Shown here in pieces: positions 19,429 to 28,803 of a DNA stretch of 64,000 nt. Numbering within the stretch: the first letter of the stretch is position 1; each line of letters opens with the position of its first letter. The stretch covers positions 1,647-65,646 of the forward strand of contig CAYXAK010000001.1 in NCBI GenBank assembly GCA_964462585.1, given 5' to 3'. The notes under the pieces were generated by a model that had not been told where the DNA came from, did not search any database, and was given only the letters and a program-made list of their open reading frames with translations. The position numbers and the translations under genes were made by a program. The DNA comes from an uncultured Halanaerobiaceae bacterium (GTDB lineage: Bacteria; Bacillota; Halanaerobiia; Halanaerobiales; Halarsenatibacteraceae).

Positions 19429-21447
19429 ATGTCTGTCAAGAGAAATAATGTAATTTCTGCGGTTATTTTTCCCTTTTTTATTTTAATAACGGTTTTCTTA
19501 TTTTCCTTCGGAGCAGCTGGCTCTGAACTGCAAGAGACTATAGATGATCATGGCAATCTGAGGCTTTTAAATGAGTATATAGCTATCGTTGTCAATACAG
19601 AAGATAATGCCAGAAGCAGATTTGCTGTTGAGACAACAGGTGGTGATCCGGGCAGAGAAGAGGATGAAAATATGCCCCTTATCTACGGCCGACCAATCCC
19701 CTGGACCTCCTATACTACTTTCAGAATTGATGGAGAAAATTACGTCTTTGGTGGCGAAACTGATAGAAGAGCAGGTGGAGGGGCGAGTTATGGTGAAGAG
19801 CTTAGAGAACCGGAGGTCCAGGATGGAACTATAGTCTCAGAATATGAACTCAACGAGCTGCAAATAGAACAGAATTTAGAAATTGTACAGAGCATCACCA
19901 CTGGACTGTATGATACAGCCAGAATTGAATACATTGTAACTAATACCGGTGATGAGCCTAAAGAGACCGGCACCAGAATAATGCTTGATACCATGCTGGG
20001 GGAGGTAGATGGGTCTCCTTTTAGAGTGGAAGAAGAAGCAATCACTACAGATACCAGGATGACCAGGGATGAACTGCCAAATTTTTACCAGTCTTTTGAT
20101 AAGCTCACCGATCCCCAGATTACATCACAGGGTGGTTTTATAGGTGAAAATATCCATACTCCCGATAGAGTATATATGTCAAACTGGGGAAGTCTGGCAG
20201 ATGGTCCCTGGGATTTTAATTTTGAACCCGGCAGAGAATTTTTAAGAGAAGGTGAGTTTGAAACTGACAGCGCTATCGCCCTTTACTGGGATCCTGATAC
20301 CATAGAGCCTGGTGAAACTGTAACTTATGCCACAACATACGGTCTCGGTGGTATATCTATGGTGCCGGGAATGCTTTCACTCGGTATTAGTGCTCCCACT
20401 GAATTTTCTTTTTCACCTACAACCCCGGAACTGCCCGTGGTGGCTTATATTGAAAACACCACGGAAATCACCGCGGAGAATGTCACTGTTTCCATAGATC
20501 TACCGGATTACCTGGAAGCCGAAGAGCCGGCACGTGAAATCGGTAATCTGGAGGCAGGGGAAGTAGCTCAGATCAACTATTATGCCAGAGCTTTAACCGA
20601 AGATCTGCCCGGCAGAACAACCTTTGAAATCAGCGCTGAAGCTGACAATACCGATACCAATATTGCGGACAGGCAGATAGATCTCATTGCACCCGCTCAG
20701 CTGGAAACCGATCTTTCCCTGGTGGAAGAGCTTTCTTTTGAAGATGGCAGGCTATCACCGCTTCCATTTCAAATGAGACTGGAAATTGAAAATGTGGGTG
20801 AAAGACCATTTGAGGATTTTGAGAGTGAATTGATTATTCCACCTGGAATCGATCTGGCCAGCTACGAAAGGGCGGAAAAGATGAGCTCCAGAATTGGACC
20901 CGGGGAGAGTATTAATATTGATTGGAGGCTTATTCCCCATGATGTAGAGGGAACTTTCCCTTTTGCCGTACAGATAAGCGGCCGTGGAGGTTATTCTGAA
21001 ACGAAGAGGGAATCGATCGAGATTCCTCCTACCTCTCCTTCGATATATTATGAAGTTAAACGTTCCAGTTCTGAGAGCAATATACTGACAGTAGATGTAA
21101 AGGCTGCTAATCTGGATGATAGCATTGAAAGAGTCGAGTTTAAATTCGGCTACAATGAAGAGATTCTAAACCATGTATTTTCCAGCAGAGGAACTTATTT
21201 TGTCAGAGATGAGAGGTTGATGGCCTGGAATGGACCTCAGGAGATAACTGATGAAACTATCAGTTTTGAGGAACAGCTACCTGATGGCCTTAACCAGGGT
21301 GGACTGGCCAGAATGAGGTTTAAAATAGAGGTAGATGGAACTGAAGAGATGGAAGAACTGGAGAATTTGGTTGATGAATTCGAAATACTTGAAGCCAGTA
21401 TATTTGATGAAGACGGAACAGAAGATGATGCTTTACTGATCAACTAA
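19429..21447 (+). CDS. Large exported protein with an uncharacterised N-terminal domain, Ig/CARDB-like repeats and a C-terminal cohesin-like domain
   Basis: Signal peptide; TTGGDP...PWTSYTT and RIMLDTMLG..DGSPF motifs; two ..IEN..G... beta-sandwich-like units; C-terminal TVDV...FKFGYNEEIL...GGLARMRFK pattern. Confidence 0.6.
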   Translation: MSVKRNNVISAVIFPFFILITVFLFSFGAAGSELQETIDDHGNLRLLNEYIAIVVNTEDNARSRFAVETTGGDPGREEDENMPLIYGRPIPWTSYTTFRIDGENYVFGGETDRRAGGGASYGEELREPEVQDGTIVSEYELNELQIEQNLEIVQSITTGLYDTARIEYIVTNTGDEPKETGTRIMLDTMLGEVDGSPFRVEEEAITTDTRMTRDELPNFYQSFDKLTDPQITSQGGFIGENIHTPDRVYMSNWGSLADGPWDFNFEPGREFLREGEFETDSAIALYWDPDTIEPGETVTYATTYGLGGISMVPGMLSLGISAPTEFSFSPTTPELPVVAYIENTTEITAENVTVSIDLPDYLEAEEPAREIGNLEAGEVAQINYYARALTEDLPGRTTFEISAEADNTDTNIADRQIDLIAPAQLETDLSLVEELSFEDGRLSPLPFQMRLEIENVGERPFEDFESELIIPPGIDLASYERAEKMSSRIGPGESINIDWRLIPHDVEGTFPFAVQISGRGGYSETKRESIEIPPTSPSIYYEVKRSSSESNILTVDVKAANLDDSIERVEFKFGYNEEILNHVFSSRGTYFVRDERLMAWNGPQEITDETISFEEQLPDGLNQGGLARMRFKIEVDGTEEMEELENLVDEFEILEASIFDEDGTEDDALLIN

Positions 21448-21500
21448 AAATAAAGCAGAGCAAATTTAATTAATAATTTATTTAGGGGGATGGATGACAA

Positions 21501-22271
21501 GTGAAGAGATTTCTATTGATATTTACACTGGTAGCCTTTGTCATTACCACAAGTTTTGCACCGGCAGGTGCTCTTGAGATCGAGGATGTACCCGAGGACC
21601 ACTGGGCTTATGAGAGTGTATCTAAGCTGGTGGATAGAGGTTACATGACTCTATATGATGATGATACATTTGCCGGAACTAACAGGGTTTCACGCTTTGA
21701 GCTGGCAGAAACTCTGGCCAATATGCTCGAAGATCTGGAAGAGGGTCAGCTGGAGATGGAAGAAGAAGATCTTGACCTGCTGCGGGAACTGTCAGTAGAA
21801 TTTAGAGATGAACTGGTAGAACTGGCCGGTGACATGGATTTATTCCAGGAACGCATCGAAGAACTGGAAGAAGAAAGCCTGGTTTACGGTGAAGATATGG
21901 CAGAGATGTATGAGGATATGTCAGATATGGAAAGAGAGATAAATGAAATAATCGATGAGATTGCGGAAATGAGAGCACAATCTGAAAGACTGGATGAATT
22001 TGAAGAGAGAATTGAGGTTCTGCAGGAAGATATGGATGTTTCTGAGGAAAGACTGGATGAAATGGATGACAGATTAGAAGAAGATCCGGAAATAGAGGAT
22101 ATTGAGATGTTTGACGAACGAATGGACGATTTTGATGATAGGCTCTCAATGCTGGAGGAACAGCATGCAGAAAATCAGGAGGAGATCGAGGAACTGAACA
22201 GACAGAGAAGCAATCATCTTCTCTATATAGGGGCCATCGGTCTCATATCGATGATATCACTTATACAATAA
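21501..22271 (+). CDS. SLH-domain, coiled-coil, C-terminally anchored envelope protein (Omp-alpha-like architecture)
   Basis: Signal peptide, SLH motif DVPEDHWAYESV..LVDRGYM..Y.D.TF.G...VSRFELA, long acidic heptad region, hydrophobic C-terminus. Confidence 0.8.
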   Translation: MKRFLLIFTLVAFVITTSFAPAGALEIEDVPEDHWAYESVSKLVDRGYMTLYDDDTFAGTNRVSRFELAETLANMLEDLEEGQLEMEEEDLDLLRELSVEFRDELVELAGDMDLFQERIEELEEESLVYGEDMAEMYEDMSDMEREINEIIDEIAEMRAQSERLDEFEERIEVLQEDMDVSEERLDEMDDRLEEDPEIEDIEMFDERMDDFDDRLSMLEEQHAENQEEIEELNRQRSNHLLYIGAIGLISMISLIQ

Positions 22272-22304
22272 GAGATTGAGATGAATATGGAGGGGATAAC
22301 CGTT

Positions 22305-23057
22305 ATGAAGCTCAATGGTGTATCAGGTTTAAAAATCATAATATGTCTGCTTTCCTTTCTATTAATTGTCAGTTTAATCGGTTACTCCCCTCAGCATTTC
22401 TCCATTTCTTTAAATAATTCTGCTCAGGCCTCCAGTTTTGAAGGGGAAGATGTCTTAAAGGGGGTCGGTATAGCAGTGGCAGTTATAGCAGCTGCACAGC
22501 TAATTTTAGGCGAAAGACCGGGTGATGAAGCAGAGGTACCGGAAGATAGCCTGAAAGTAGAAGATGAGAGCACCGAAAGATTTGAAGAGGCCCTTTCCGG
22601 AGATCGATTGAAGGAAAAAGAAAATATTTTTGAGCTAATACAGGATGACAAAAGAAAAGAAAATATGAAGGAAATCATAGACAGAAAGAACATAGATGAA
22701 GCTGAAATAGATATGCTTGCCCATTTGATACACGGAGAAGCCAGGGGCGAACCTTTCGAAGGCCAGGTTGCTGTTGCCGGGGTTGTATTGAACAGGAAGG
22801 ACTCATCTCAATTTCCGAATTCTATAACCGGAGTTATCTATCAGGCTGAACAGTTTACGGCTCTTGAGGATGGCCAGTTTTATAAAACTCCTGATAGAAC
22901 TTCTTATGATGCTGCTTTTAAAGCTCTGGAAGGAGAAGATCCCAGTAAGGGAGCTCATTACTTTTTCAATCCATTGACTGCAGATAATCTGGACTGGTTT
23001 CGAACACTGGAGGAGGTAAATAGGATAGGGAATCATATATTTGCCGTAAAACCATGA
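22305..23057 (+). CDS. Cell wall hydrolase, SleB/CwlJ (Hydrolase_2) family
   Basis: LAHLIHGEARGEPFEGQVAVAGVVLNR, FPNSITGVIYQ, DPSKGAHYFFNP, IGNHIF. Confidence 0.9.
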   Translation: MKLNGVSGLKIIICLLSFLLIVSLIGYSPQHFSISLNNSAQASSFEGEDVLKGVGIAVAVIAAAQLILGERPGDEAEVPEDSLKVEDESTERFEEALSGDRLKEKENIFELIQDDKRKENMKEIIDRKNIDEAEIDMLAHLIHGEARGEPFEGQVAVAGVVLNRKDSSQFPNSITGVIYQAEQFTALEDGQFYKTPDRTSYDAAFKALEGEDPSKGAHYFFNPLTADNLDWFRTLEEVNRIGNHIFAVKP

Positions 23058-23114
23058 ATTTTTACATACAGTAGGTGAATAAGCCGGCCAGAAAAATTTA
23101 TTTCTCTTTAATTA

Positions 23115-23142
23115 ATTGCGTAAAATATAAATTTTACGCAAT
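23115..23142. other. Perfect 28-bp palindrome, candidate dif (chromosome dimer resolution) site
   Basis: ATTGCGTAAAA-TATAAA-TTTTACGCAAT, 11-6-11 architecture, under 1 kb from the + to - gene-orientation switch. Confidence 0.55.
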
Positions 23143-23201
23143 AACCTTGAGATCAGAGATATGATTAGAGAAAAGAAATCATGAGGTAATTTAGTCGTGA
23201 A

Positions 23202-23240
23202 GAACTCCTGTTTGTCCAATTTAATTCTTTGTGCTATAAT
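23202..23240 (+). promoter_or_regulatory. lexA promoter with overlapping SOS box
   Basis: GAAC-tcct-GTTT (23202-23213) overlaps TTGTCC(23212-23217)-17 nt-TATAAT(23235-23240) with TG extended -10. Confidence 0.7.
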
Positions 23241-23323
23241 GATAGAGAATCGAAATCTAAATTTTGAATTTTGAATAGTGAACTGAGAAATAATTTTTCT
23301 GTATCTCAGGGGAGGGAATTATA

Positions 23324-23968
23324 TTGGAAGATCTTACTGACAGGCAGAAAAGCATCTTTCTTTATATCAAGGAAGAAATCGCCGCCAAAGGCTATCCACC
23401 TTCAGTGCGAGAGATTGGTGAAGCTGTGGGCCTGAAATCTCCCGCCTCTGTTCACAGCCATCTTAAAACCCTGGAAAATAAAGGTTATCTGCGCAGAGAT
23501 CCGGAAAAGCCCCGGGCTATAGAAGTGCTCAAGTTTAAAGATAGTGAAATTTCATCAGCTCCCGGAAATGAAAATAACAGCCGGGAAATCATCGAGGTTC
23601 CCATTCTGGGCAGAGTGACTGCGGGTGTTCCCATACTCTCCGAGGAAAATATCGAGGATTTCTTCCCTCTACCACTGGATTACTTCAACCCGGGTAATAG
23701 AGATATTTTCATGCTTGAGGTCAAGGGAAATAGCATGATAAATGCAGGTATTAACAGTGGAGATTATGTAGTTGCCGTTCAGCAGGAAGTAGCTGAAAAT
23801 GGCGATATCGTCATAGCTCTTCTGGAAAATGAAACCACCGTCAAAAGATATTTTGAAGGACATAATCAAATTCGTCTCGAGCCGGAAAACCCCTCATATG
23901 ATGTCATTACAGGGCAGGACATATCGATACTGGGTAAGGTTATCGGGCTTTTCAGGCATATCAATTAA
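23324..23968 (+). CDS. lexA: SOS repressor LexA
   Basis: GYPPSVREIGEAVGLKSPASVHSHL HTH, VTAG cleavage site, GNSM serine, TVKR lysine. Confidence 0.97.
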   Translation: MEDLTDRQKSIFLYIKEEIAAKGYPPSVREIGEAVGLKSPASVHSHLKTLENKGYLRRDPEKPRAIEVLKFKDSEISSAPGNENNSREIIEVPILGRVTAGVPILSEENIEDFFPLPLDYFNPGNRDIFMLEVKGNSMINAGINSGDYVVAVQQEVAENGDIVIALLENETTVKRYFEGHNQIRLEPENPSYDVITGQDISILGKVIGLFRHIN

Positions 23969-24599
23969 AGGAAAAATTGCAGTCATAGAGCTGCGAGAGC
24001 CTCTGAGAGGCTTTTCTCAGAACCTTAAAATCCCTTCTTACGTCATCTTCTGCATTGCGATTGCGGAATATATAGGCAGGGTGAAATGTGGGCAGGAAAT
24101 ATAGCTCTCCCCTCTCAATCCATTCTCCTCTATTTCTGGTTATAGAAAGGTTGCTGTCCACCAGATAATTCAATGCGGTAGAGCCCATTGGTACGATTAC
24201 TTTGGGTGAGATAAGTTCTATTTCAGCTTTGAGGATAGGTGCACAGGCATCCATCTCATCCGTTTTGGGCGCTCTATTATCGGGAGGCCTGCATTTGACA
24301 ATATTGCTTATATAGAGATCCTGTCTTCTTAATCCGGAATCTTCCATTATTTCATCCAGAAGCTTTCCTGCTCTTCCCACAAAGGGTCTTCCCTGCTCAT
24401 CCTCATCCGCACCTGGACCTTCTCCTATCAACATCAGCCTGTTTTCGACATTGCCCTCTCCCATGACCACCTGTTTACAGCCCTCTCTGAGATGGCATCT
24501 TTCACATTTAACCGCCTCTTTTTTTAATTTTTTATAGTCATCATTGGGATAGGATATCAGCTGGTTTTTGTTGATTTTGCCGTTATCAGTGAAGAACAT
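23961..24599 (-). CDS. Uracil-DNA glycosylase family 4 (Fe-S)
   Basis: CERCHL, IGEGPGADED, PFVGRAG, NIVKCRPP, TFHPAY. Confidence 0.93.
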   Translation of the reverse strand: MFFTDNGKINKNQLISYPNDDYKKLKKEAVKCERCHLREGCKQVVMGEGNVENRLMLIGEGPGADEDEQGRPFVGRAGKLLDEIMEDSGLRRQDLYISNIVKCRPPDNRAPKTDEMDACAPILKAEIELISPKVIVPMGSTALNYLVDSNLSITRNRGEWIERGELYFLPTFHPAYIFRNRNAEDDVRRDFKVLRKASQRLSQLYDCNFSFN

Positions 24600-24657
24600 G
24601 ATATATTTTCACCTCACCTCTTTGATTATTGATAACAGGATAATACATATTTAGCGA

Positions 24658-25401
24658 TTATTCGATAATCTCCAGCAGATGATCAATTTCTTCGAAGTTC
24701 TCTCCCACTCTCTTTGGTATATGAGCATCTGACCCCAGAACTAAATCGACATCTTTATATATTGCCAGTTTTATGATATCTACAGCCGGATATATCTCTT
24801 TTACCGGTTTATTGAGCCCGTTTGTATTTATCTCCAGGGCGGTACCCGTTGATTTCAAAGATTTTAAAACGGGTTCGACAAGATCCAGCACAAAGCTGCG
24901 ATCCTCTATGATATGGCCAAATATCTTAATCAGATCGAGGTGTCCAATTATGTCAAAAAGACAGGAGTCAACTGCTCTTTTCACAAGTGTGAAATACTCT
25001 CTGTACAGCTCTTTTAGCTCCTCTTCCCCCTTATATTCAGCAAATTTTTCCCTGTATTTGGGGTTGTCAAAGTTCCAGTCATCTATATGGTGAACTGACC
25101 CGATACAGTATTCCAGGGGATATCTATCAAGTATATCTTTTATGGCCCCCTCTCTTCCCGGCTTATAATCAAATTCTATGCCGATTTTAACAGAAAGAGA
25201 GGTTTTGTCCTTTAAGCTGTAAAGGTTATCGAAATTAAAGGAATCCAGGTAGTATTCATGATCGGAAAAGCCCAACCCCTCCAGTCCCTTCTCAGATGCT
25301 TTCTCTGTATATTTTTTTAACAGAGGGAAGTTATGGCAGGGTTCGTATTCTTTTTCTCCATGGGCAAAGGGATGTGTATGCCAGTCTATCTGAGAGATAA
25401 T
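24658..25401 (-). CDS. Histidinol-phosphatase HisJ family (PHP) protein
   Basis: GFSDH, GIEFD, IGSVH, IIGHLDLIK, LEINTNG, LGSDAH. The frame stays open upstream of the track start (25275) through the essential DWHTH motif to an ATT at 25401 preceded by GAGGGTG. Confidence 0.85.
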   Translation of the reverse strand: MISQIDWHTHPFAHGEKEYEPCHNFPLLKKYTEKASEKGLEGLGFSDHEYYLDSFNFDNLYSLKDKTSLSVKIGIEFDYKPGREGAIKDILDRYPLEYCIGSVHHIDDWNFDNPKYREKFAEYKGEEELKELYREYFTLVKRAVDSCLFDIIGHLDLIKIFGHIIEDRSFVLDLVEPVLKSLKSTGTALEINTNGLNKPVKEIYPAVDIIKLAIYKDVDLVLGSDAHIPKRVGENFEEIDHLLEIIE

Positions 25402-25429
25402 TTACAATCACCCTCTCAATTATATATTT

Positions 25430-26611
25430 TTACAGCTGATTTGACTTCAATCTCTCCAGCGCTTCTTTTATTCTTTCTTTTTTCACTGTAAGAGCCATGC
25501 GGACAAAACGTCTGCCCTGTTCACCATATCCCATACCGGGCGTAAAGAATACACCTGTTTTTTCGAATATATGCCGGGAAAATTCCTGGCTGTCCTCGTA
25601 TTTTTCGGGGATCCGGGCCCAGACGTAATATGTTGCAGGATTTGCCTCCACATTCCAGCCCAGCTCATTTAGCCCCTGAACGAGCAGATCTCTTCGCTCT
25701 TTAAATATTTTTGAAGCTTCTTCTACACAATCCCTGCTCTGTTCGAGAGCTGTTATACCGGCTCTCTGGATAGCCTTAAATACTCCTGAATCAATATTTG
25801 TTTTGAGTGTGCCCAGGGTTTCAACTATTTCAGAATTTCCTGCTGTCCAGCCCAGTCTCCAGCCGGTCATATTGAATGTTTTGGAGAGAGAACCAAATTC
25901 GATACCCACTTCACGGGCGCCAGCAGCCTGCAGCAGGCTGGGAGGTTTATTCTCCTCGAAATAAATCTCACTGTAGGCGGAATCGTGAATGACTATGAAT
26001 TCATATTCTCTGGCCAGATCAACAACCTCCTGGAAAAAACCGAGATCGGCCGTAGCGCCTGTGGGATTATTGGGATAGTTGAGATATATCAGTCTGGCAC
26101 TTCTCAGTGTTTCTTCATCTAATTCGGCCAGATCTGGCAAAAAGTCATTCTCAGCTTTTAGCGGCAGTGTGATGGGCTCTCCACCTGCCATTACCACTGA
26201 TGTTTTGTAGACCGGATAGGCCGGATCAGGCACCAGAGCAATATCTCCAGGGTTTAAGTAACAGAAGGGAATATGTGCCAGACCCTCTTTGGATCCTATA
26301 AGGGAGATTATCTCTTTTCCTGGGTCCAGATCTACATTGAATCTATCGCTGTAGAAATTTCCCACCGCTGTCCGAAATTCTTCCATTCCTTCATAGGAAG
26401 GGTAGCCATGTGTGGAAGGATCATCCACAGCTTTTTTCATGGCCCTGACAATATGATCGGGAGTGGGAAGATCCGGATCCCCCACACCGAAATCTATAAC
26501 ATCGACACCCTCATCTCTGGCCTTCTCAATCATCCGATCTATTTCGGCAAATAGATATGGTGGAAGATTCTTCATGCGTTTCGATTTTTCAAAACTCAGA
26601 CCTTTTTCCAT
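25430..26611 (-). CDS. dapL: LL-diaminopimelate aminotransferase (class I/II PLP aminotransferase)
   Basis: LPPYLFAEID, GVGDPD, IGSKEG, NYPNNPTG, SLSKTFNMTGWR; adjacent to dapF. Confidence 0.85.
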   Translation of the reverse strand: MEKGLSFEKSKRMKNLPPYLFAEIDRMIEKARDEGVDVIDFGVGDPDLPTPDHIVRAMKKAVDDPSTHGYPSYEGMEEFRTAVGNFYSDRFNVDLDPGKEIISLIGSKEGLAHIPFCYLNPGDIALVPDPAYPVYKTSVVMAGGEPITLPLKAENDFLPDLAELDEETLRSARLIYLNYPNNPTGATADLGFFQEVVDLAREYEFIVIHDSAYSEIYFEENKPPSLLQAAGAREVGIEFGSLSKTFNMTGWRLGWTAGNSEIVETLGTLKTNIDSGVFKAIQRAGITALEQSRDCVEEASKIFKERRDLLVQGLNELGWNVEANPATYYVWARIPEKYEDSQEFSRHIFEKTGVFFTPGMGYGEQGRRFVRMALTVKKERIKEALERLKSNQL

Positions 26612-26638
26612 TACATTCATCCTTTCCTTTTGTGTTTT

Positions 26639-27565
26639 TTACAGGTTCATCTCCAGAATCCCCCGGAAAACCCTGCGGGAGGGCCCTAAAATATTAATAT
26701 CCTCCCCGCTGTATTCTACCACGAGGGTACCACCCGGGAGTTCTATTTCTATCTCCTCTGCACAGTAACCATTATTTATGGCTGCTGCCCCCACAGCAGC
26801 AGCTCCTGTACCGCAGGCCAGAGTTATTCCACTTCCCCTCTCCCACACTCTCACTTCAATCTTCTCCTCATTCACTATTCTGGCAAACTCCACATTTGTA
26901 TTTTCCGGGAAGAGATCATGATTTTCTATTCTCGGACCCCAGTCCTCAAGGGGTATATATTCCGGGCTATTCTCCAGAAAAAATATCACATGGGGATTGC
27001 CCATGGAGACAAAATTGGCAGTAAAACCGGCAAACTCACCTTCCTCGATAAAATCATATTTAGCCTTAAACAGCCTGTTTTTTTCGTCATGGATAAACTG
27101 CTCGCTATTTTTGCGAAGATATTCTCCTCTGACAGGCAGGTCCTCAGGAGAAAATCTGGGAACACCCATATTGACCTTTACTACGGCCTTAGATTCTGCC
27201 GGCAGGTAATCTATCAGCTCCGGTCTTATTATACCCGCACCCGTTTTGAGCACCACTCTATCTTTTATCAGATCTCTATCACGGAGATAATGAGTGATAC
27301 ATCTGACACCATTGCCGCACATCTCCGCTCTGCTTCCATCACTGTTGTAGATTGTGAGATAATAACCCGGTTGATGAGAGTTCGAAAGTTTTCCTTCCTC
27401 ACTTACTAGCAGAACTCCATCTGCCCCCACACCAAAATTTCGATCACATATCTTCTTAACCTTCTCCTCTGTGAGCATGAGATCCTTAATTTCTTCAGGT
27501 CCCATAATCACAAAATCATTGCCCAGACCATGGAATTTGGTAAAACTTACACCGTTATTATTCAT
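26639..27565 (-). CDS. dapF: Diaminopimelate epimerase
   Basis: KFHGLGNDF, GVGADG, NSDGSRAEMCGNG, SMGNPH, WERGSGITLACGTGA. Confidence 0.96.
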   Translation of the reverse strand: MNNNGVSFTKFHGLGNDFVIMGPEEIKDLMLTEEKVKKICDRNFGVGADGVLLVSEEGKLSNSHQPGYYLTIYNSDGSRAEMCGNGVRCITHYLRDRDLIKDRVVLKTGAGIIRPELIDYLPAESKAVVKVNMGVPRFSPEDLPVRGEYLRKNSEQFIHDEKNRLFKAKYDFIEEGEFAGFTANFVSMGNPHVIFFLENSPEYIPLEDWGPRIENHDLFPENTNVEFARIVNEEKIEVRVWERGSGITLACGTGAAAVGAAAINNGYCAEEIEIELPGGTLVVEYSGEDINILGPSRRVFRGILEMNL

Positions 27566-27770
27566 CCTGATCAAATTCACCCGGGACAATTGTGGAAATG
27601 GCGTGTTTGTAGATCATCTTTTCACTCTCATCTTCTCTCATGATGATCGTGAAATTGTCAAAACCTGCTATCTCTCCTGTCAGCTGGTAGCCATTGGTGA
27701 GAAAAACAGTCACTTCTGATCCCTGTCCAGAAATTTCTTCCAGCAGGTCATCCTGCAGATCATCTTCCAT
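27558..27770 (-). CDS. hfq: RNA chaperone Hfq (acidic variant)
   Basis: LQD, VFLTNG..L.G.I.GFDNF, MIYKHAISTI; downstream of miaA. Confidence 0.93.
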   Translation of the reverse strand: MEDDLQDDLLEEISGQGSEVTVFLTNGYQLTGEIAGFDNFTIIMREDESEKMIYKHAISTIVPGEFDQDE

Positions 27771-27822
27771 AACGAACCCTCCATAGTAAGTATTAATGAG
27801 ATTTTGCAAATTACTTATACTC

Positions 27823-28803
27823 TTATATTCCTCTGAAATCGAGATTAAGCGCGGAATCCAGCGTCAAAAAATTATTCTGCAATATGCGGCCAAGCTCAAC
27901 AGAAAGCTGAAGATTATCACGGTGGTCGGGATTGACCCAGATGATATCGCTGTCCCGCTTGAAAAAAGTCAGCTGCTTTTTGGCCAGGTTTCTGGTTCTC
28001 TTTTTAATCAATCTTTTGGCTTCCTCAAGGCTTATCTCATCCTCCAGATATCCAAATAGCTCCTTATATCCAAGAGCCTGCCTGGCCGTAAGGCTCAGAT
28101 CATAATTTTCGCATAAATATTCCACCTCTTCCAGCAGACCTCTTTCGAACATCTCCTCAACTCGATCTTCAATTCTGCTGTAGAGCCGGGATCTCTCTCG
28201 CCAGACTCCGATTTTTACCATCCTGTATCTGGGCGGTTTTCTCCTCTGCAGAAACTCATAGAAGGTCCGGGTTCTGCCTGTCATATAATATATCTCCAGA
28301 GCCCTGCTGACCCTCTTTAGATCATTGGGATGAATTCTCGCTGCATACTCAGGATCGATATATTCCAGATGGGAGTGCAGTCTCTTCCTTCCCCATTTAT
28401 CTGCATACTTATAAAATGCTTCTCTTATACCGCCTGCAGGCATATCGGGGATGAGATAATCTTCTATGACTGAATTAATATAGAGCCCCGTTCCTCCCAC
28501 CATAACAGGCAGATTGCCCCGCCCGCTGATCCGGGAAATTTTTTCTCTGGCCAGCTCTTTATATCGAGCCACGGAGAATTCTTCTTCAGGTGAGATAATA
28601 TCTATAAGATGGTGGGGCGGATCATCTCTAAGAGGGCGGGGTATTTTATCTGTGCCAATATCCATCTCCCTGTAAATCTGCATGGAATCTGCTGATATTA
28701 TCTCACAATCTATAAATTTGCTCAGGCTCAGTGAGAGAGAGGTCTTGCCGCCGGCTGTGGGGCCTAAAATAATTGCCAGCTCTGCCCGGGGTCTTTCCAT
28801 CAC
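27823..28803 (-). CDS. miaA: tRNA dimethylallyltransferase
   Basis: GPTAGGKT, ISADSMQIY, DIGTDK, VGGTGLY, QALGYKE. Confidence 0.96.
   Translation of the reverse strand: MMERPRAELAIILGPTAGGKTSLSLSLSKFIDCEIISADSMQIYREMDIGTDKIPRPLRDDPPHHLIDIISPEEEFSVARYKELAREKISRISGRGNLPVMVGGTGLYINSVIEDYLIPDMPAGGIREAFYKYADKWGRKRLHSHLEYIDPEYAARIHPNDLKRVSRALEIYYMTGRTRTFYEFLQRRKPPRYRMVKIGVWRERSRLYSRIEDRVEEMFERGLLEEVEYLCENYDLSLTARQALGYKELFGYLEDEISLEEAKRLIKKRTRNLAKKQLTFFKRDSDIIWVNPDHRDNLQLSVELGRILQNNFLTLDSALNLDFRGI

Noticed and set aside
24658..25407. hisJ-like gene as a pseudogene (TTG immediately followed by TAA at 25407-25402)
   Set aside because: That TTG abuts the Shine-Dalgarno sequence, and all PHP motifs downstream of ATT 25401 are intact; an ATT start is the simpler reading, although unproven
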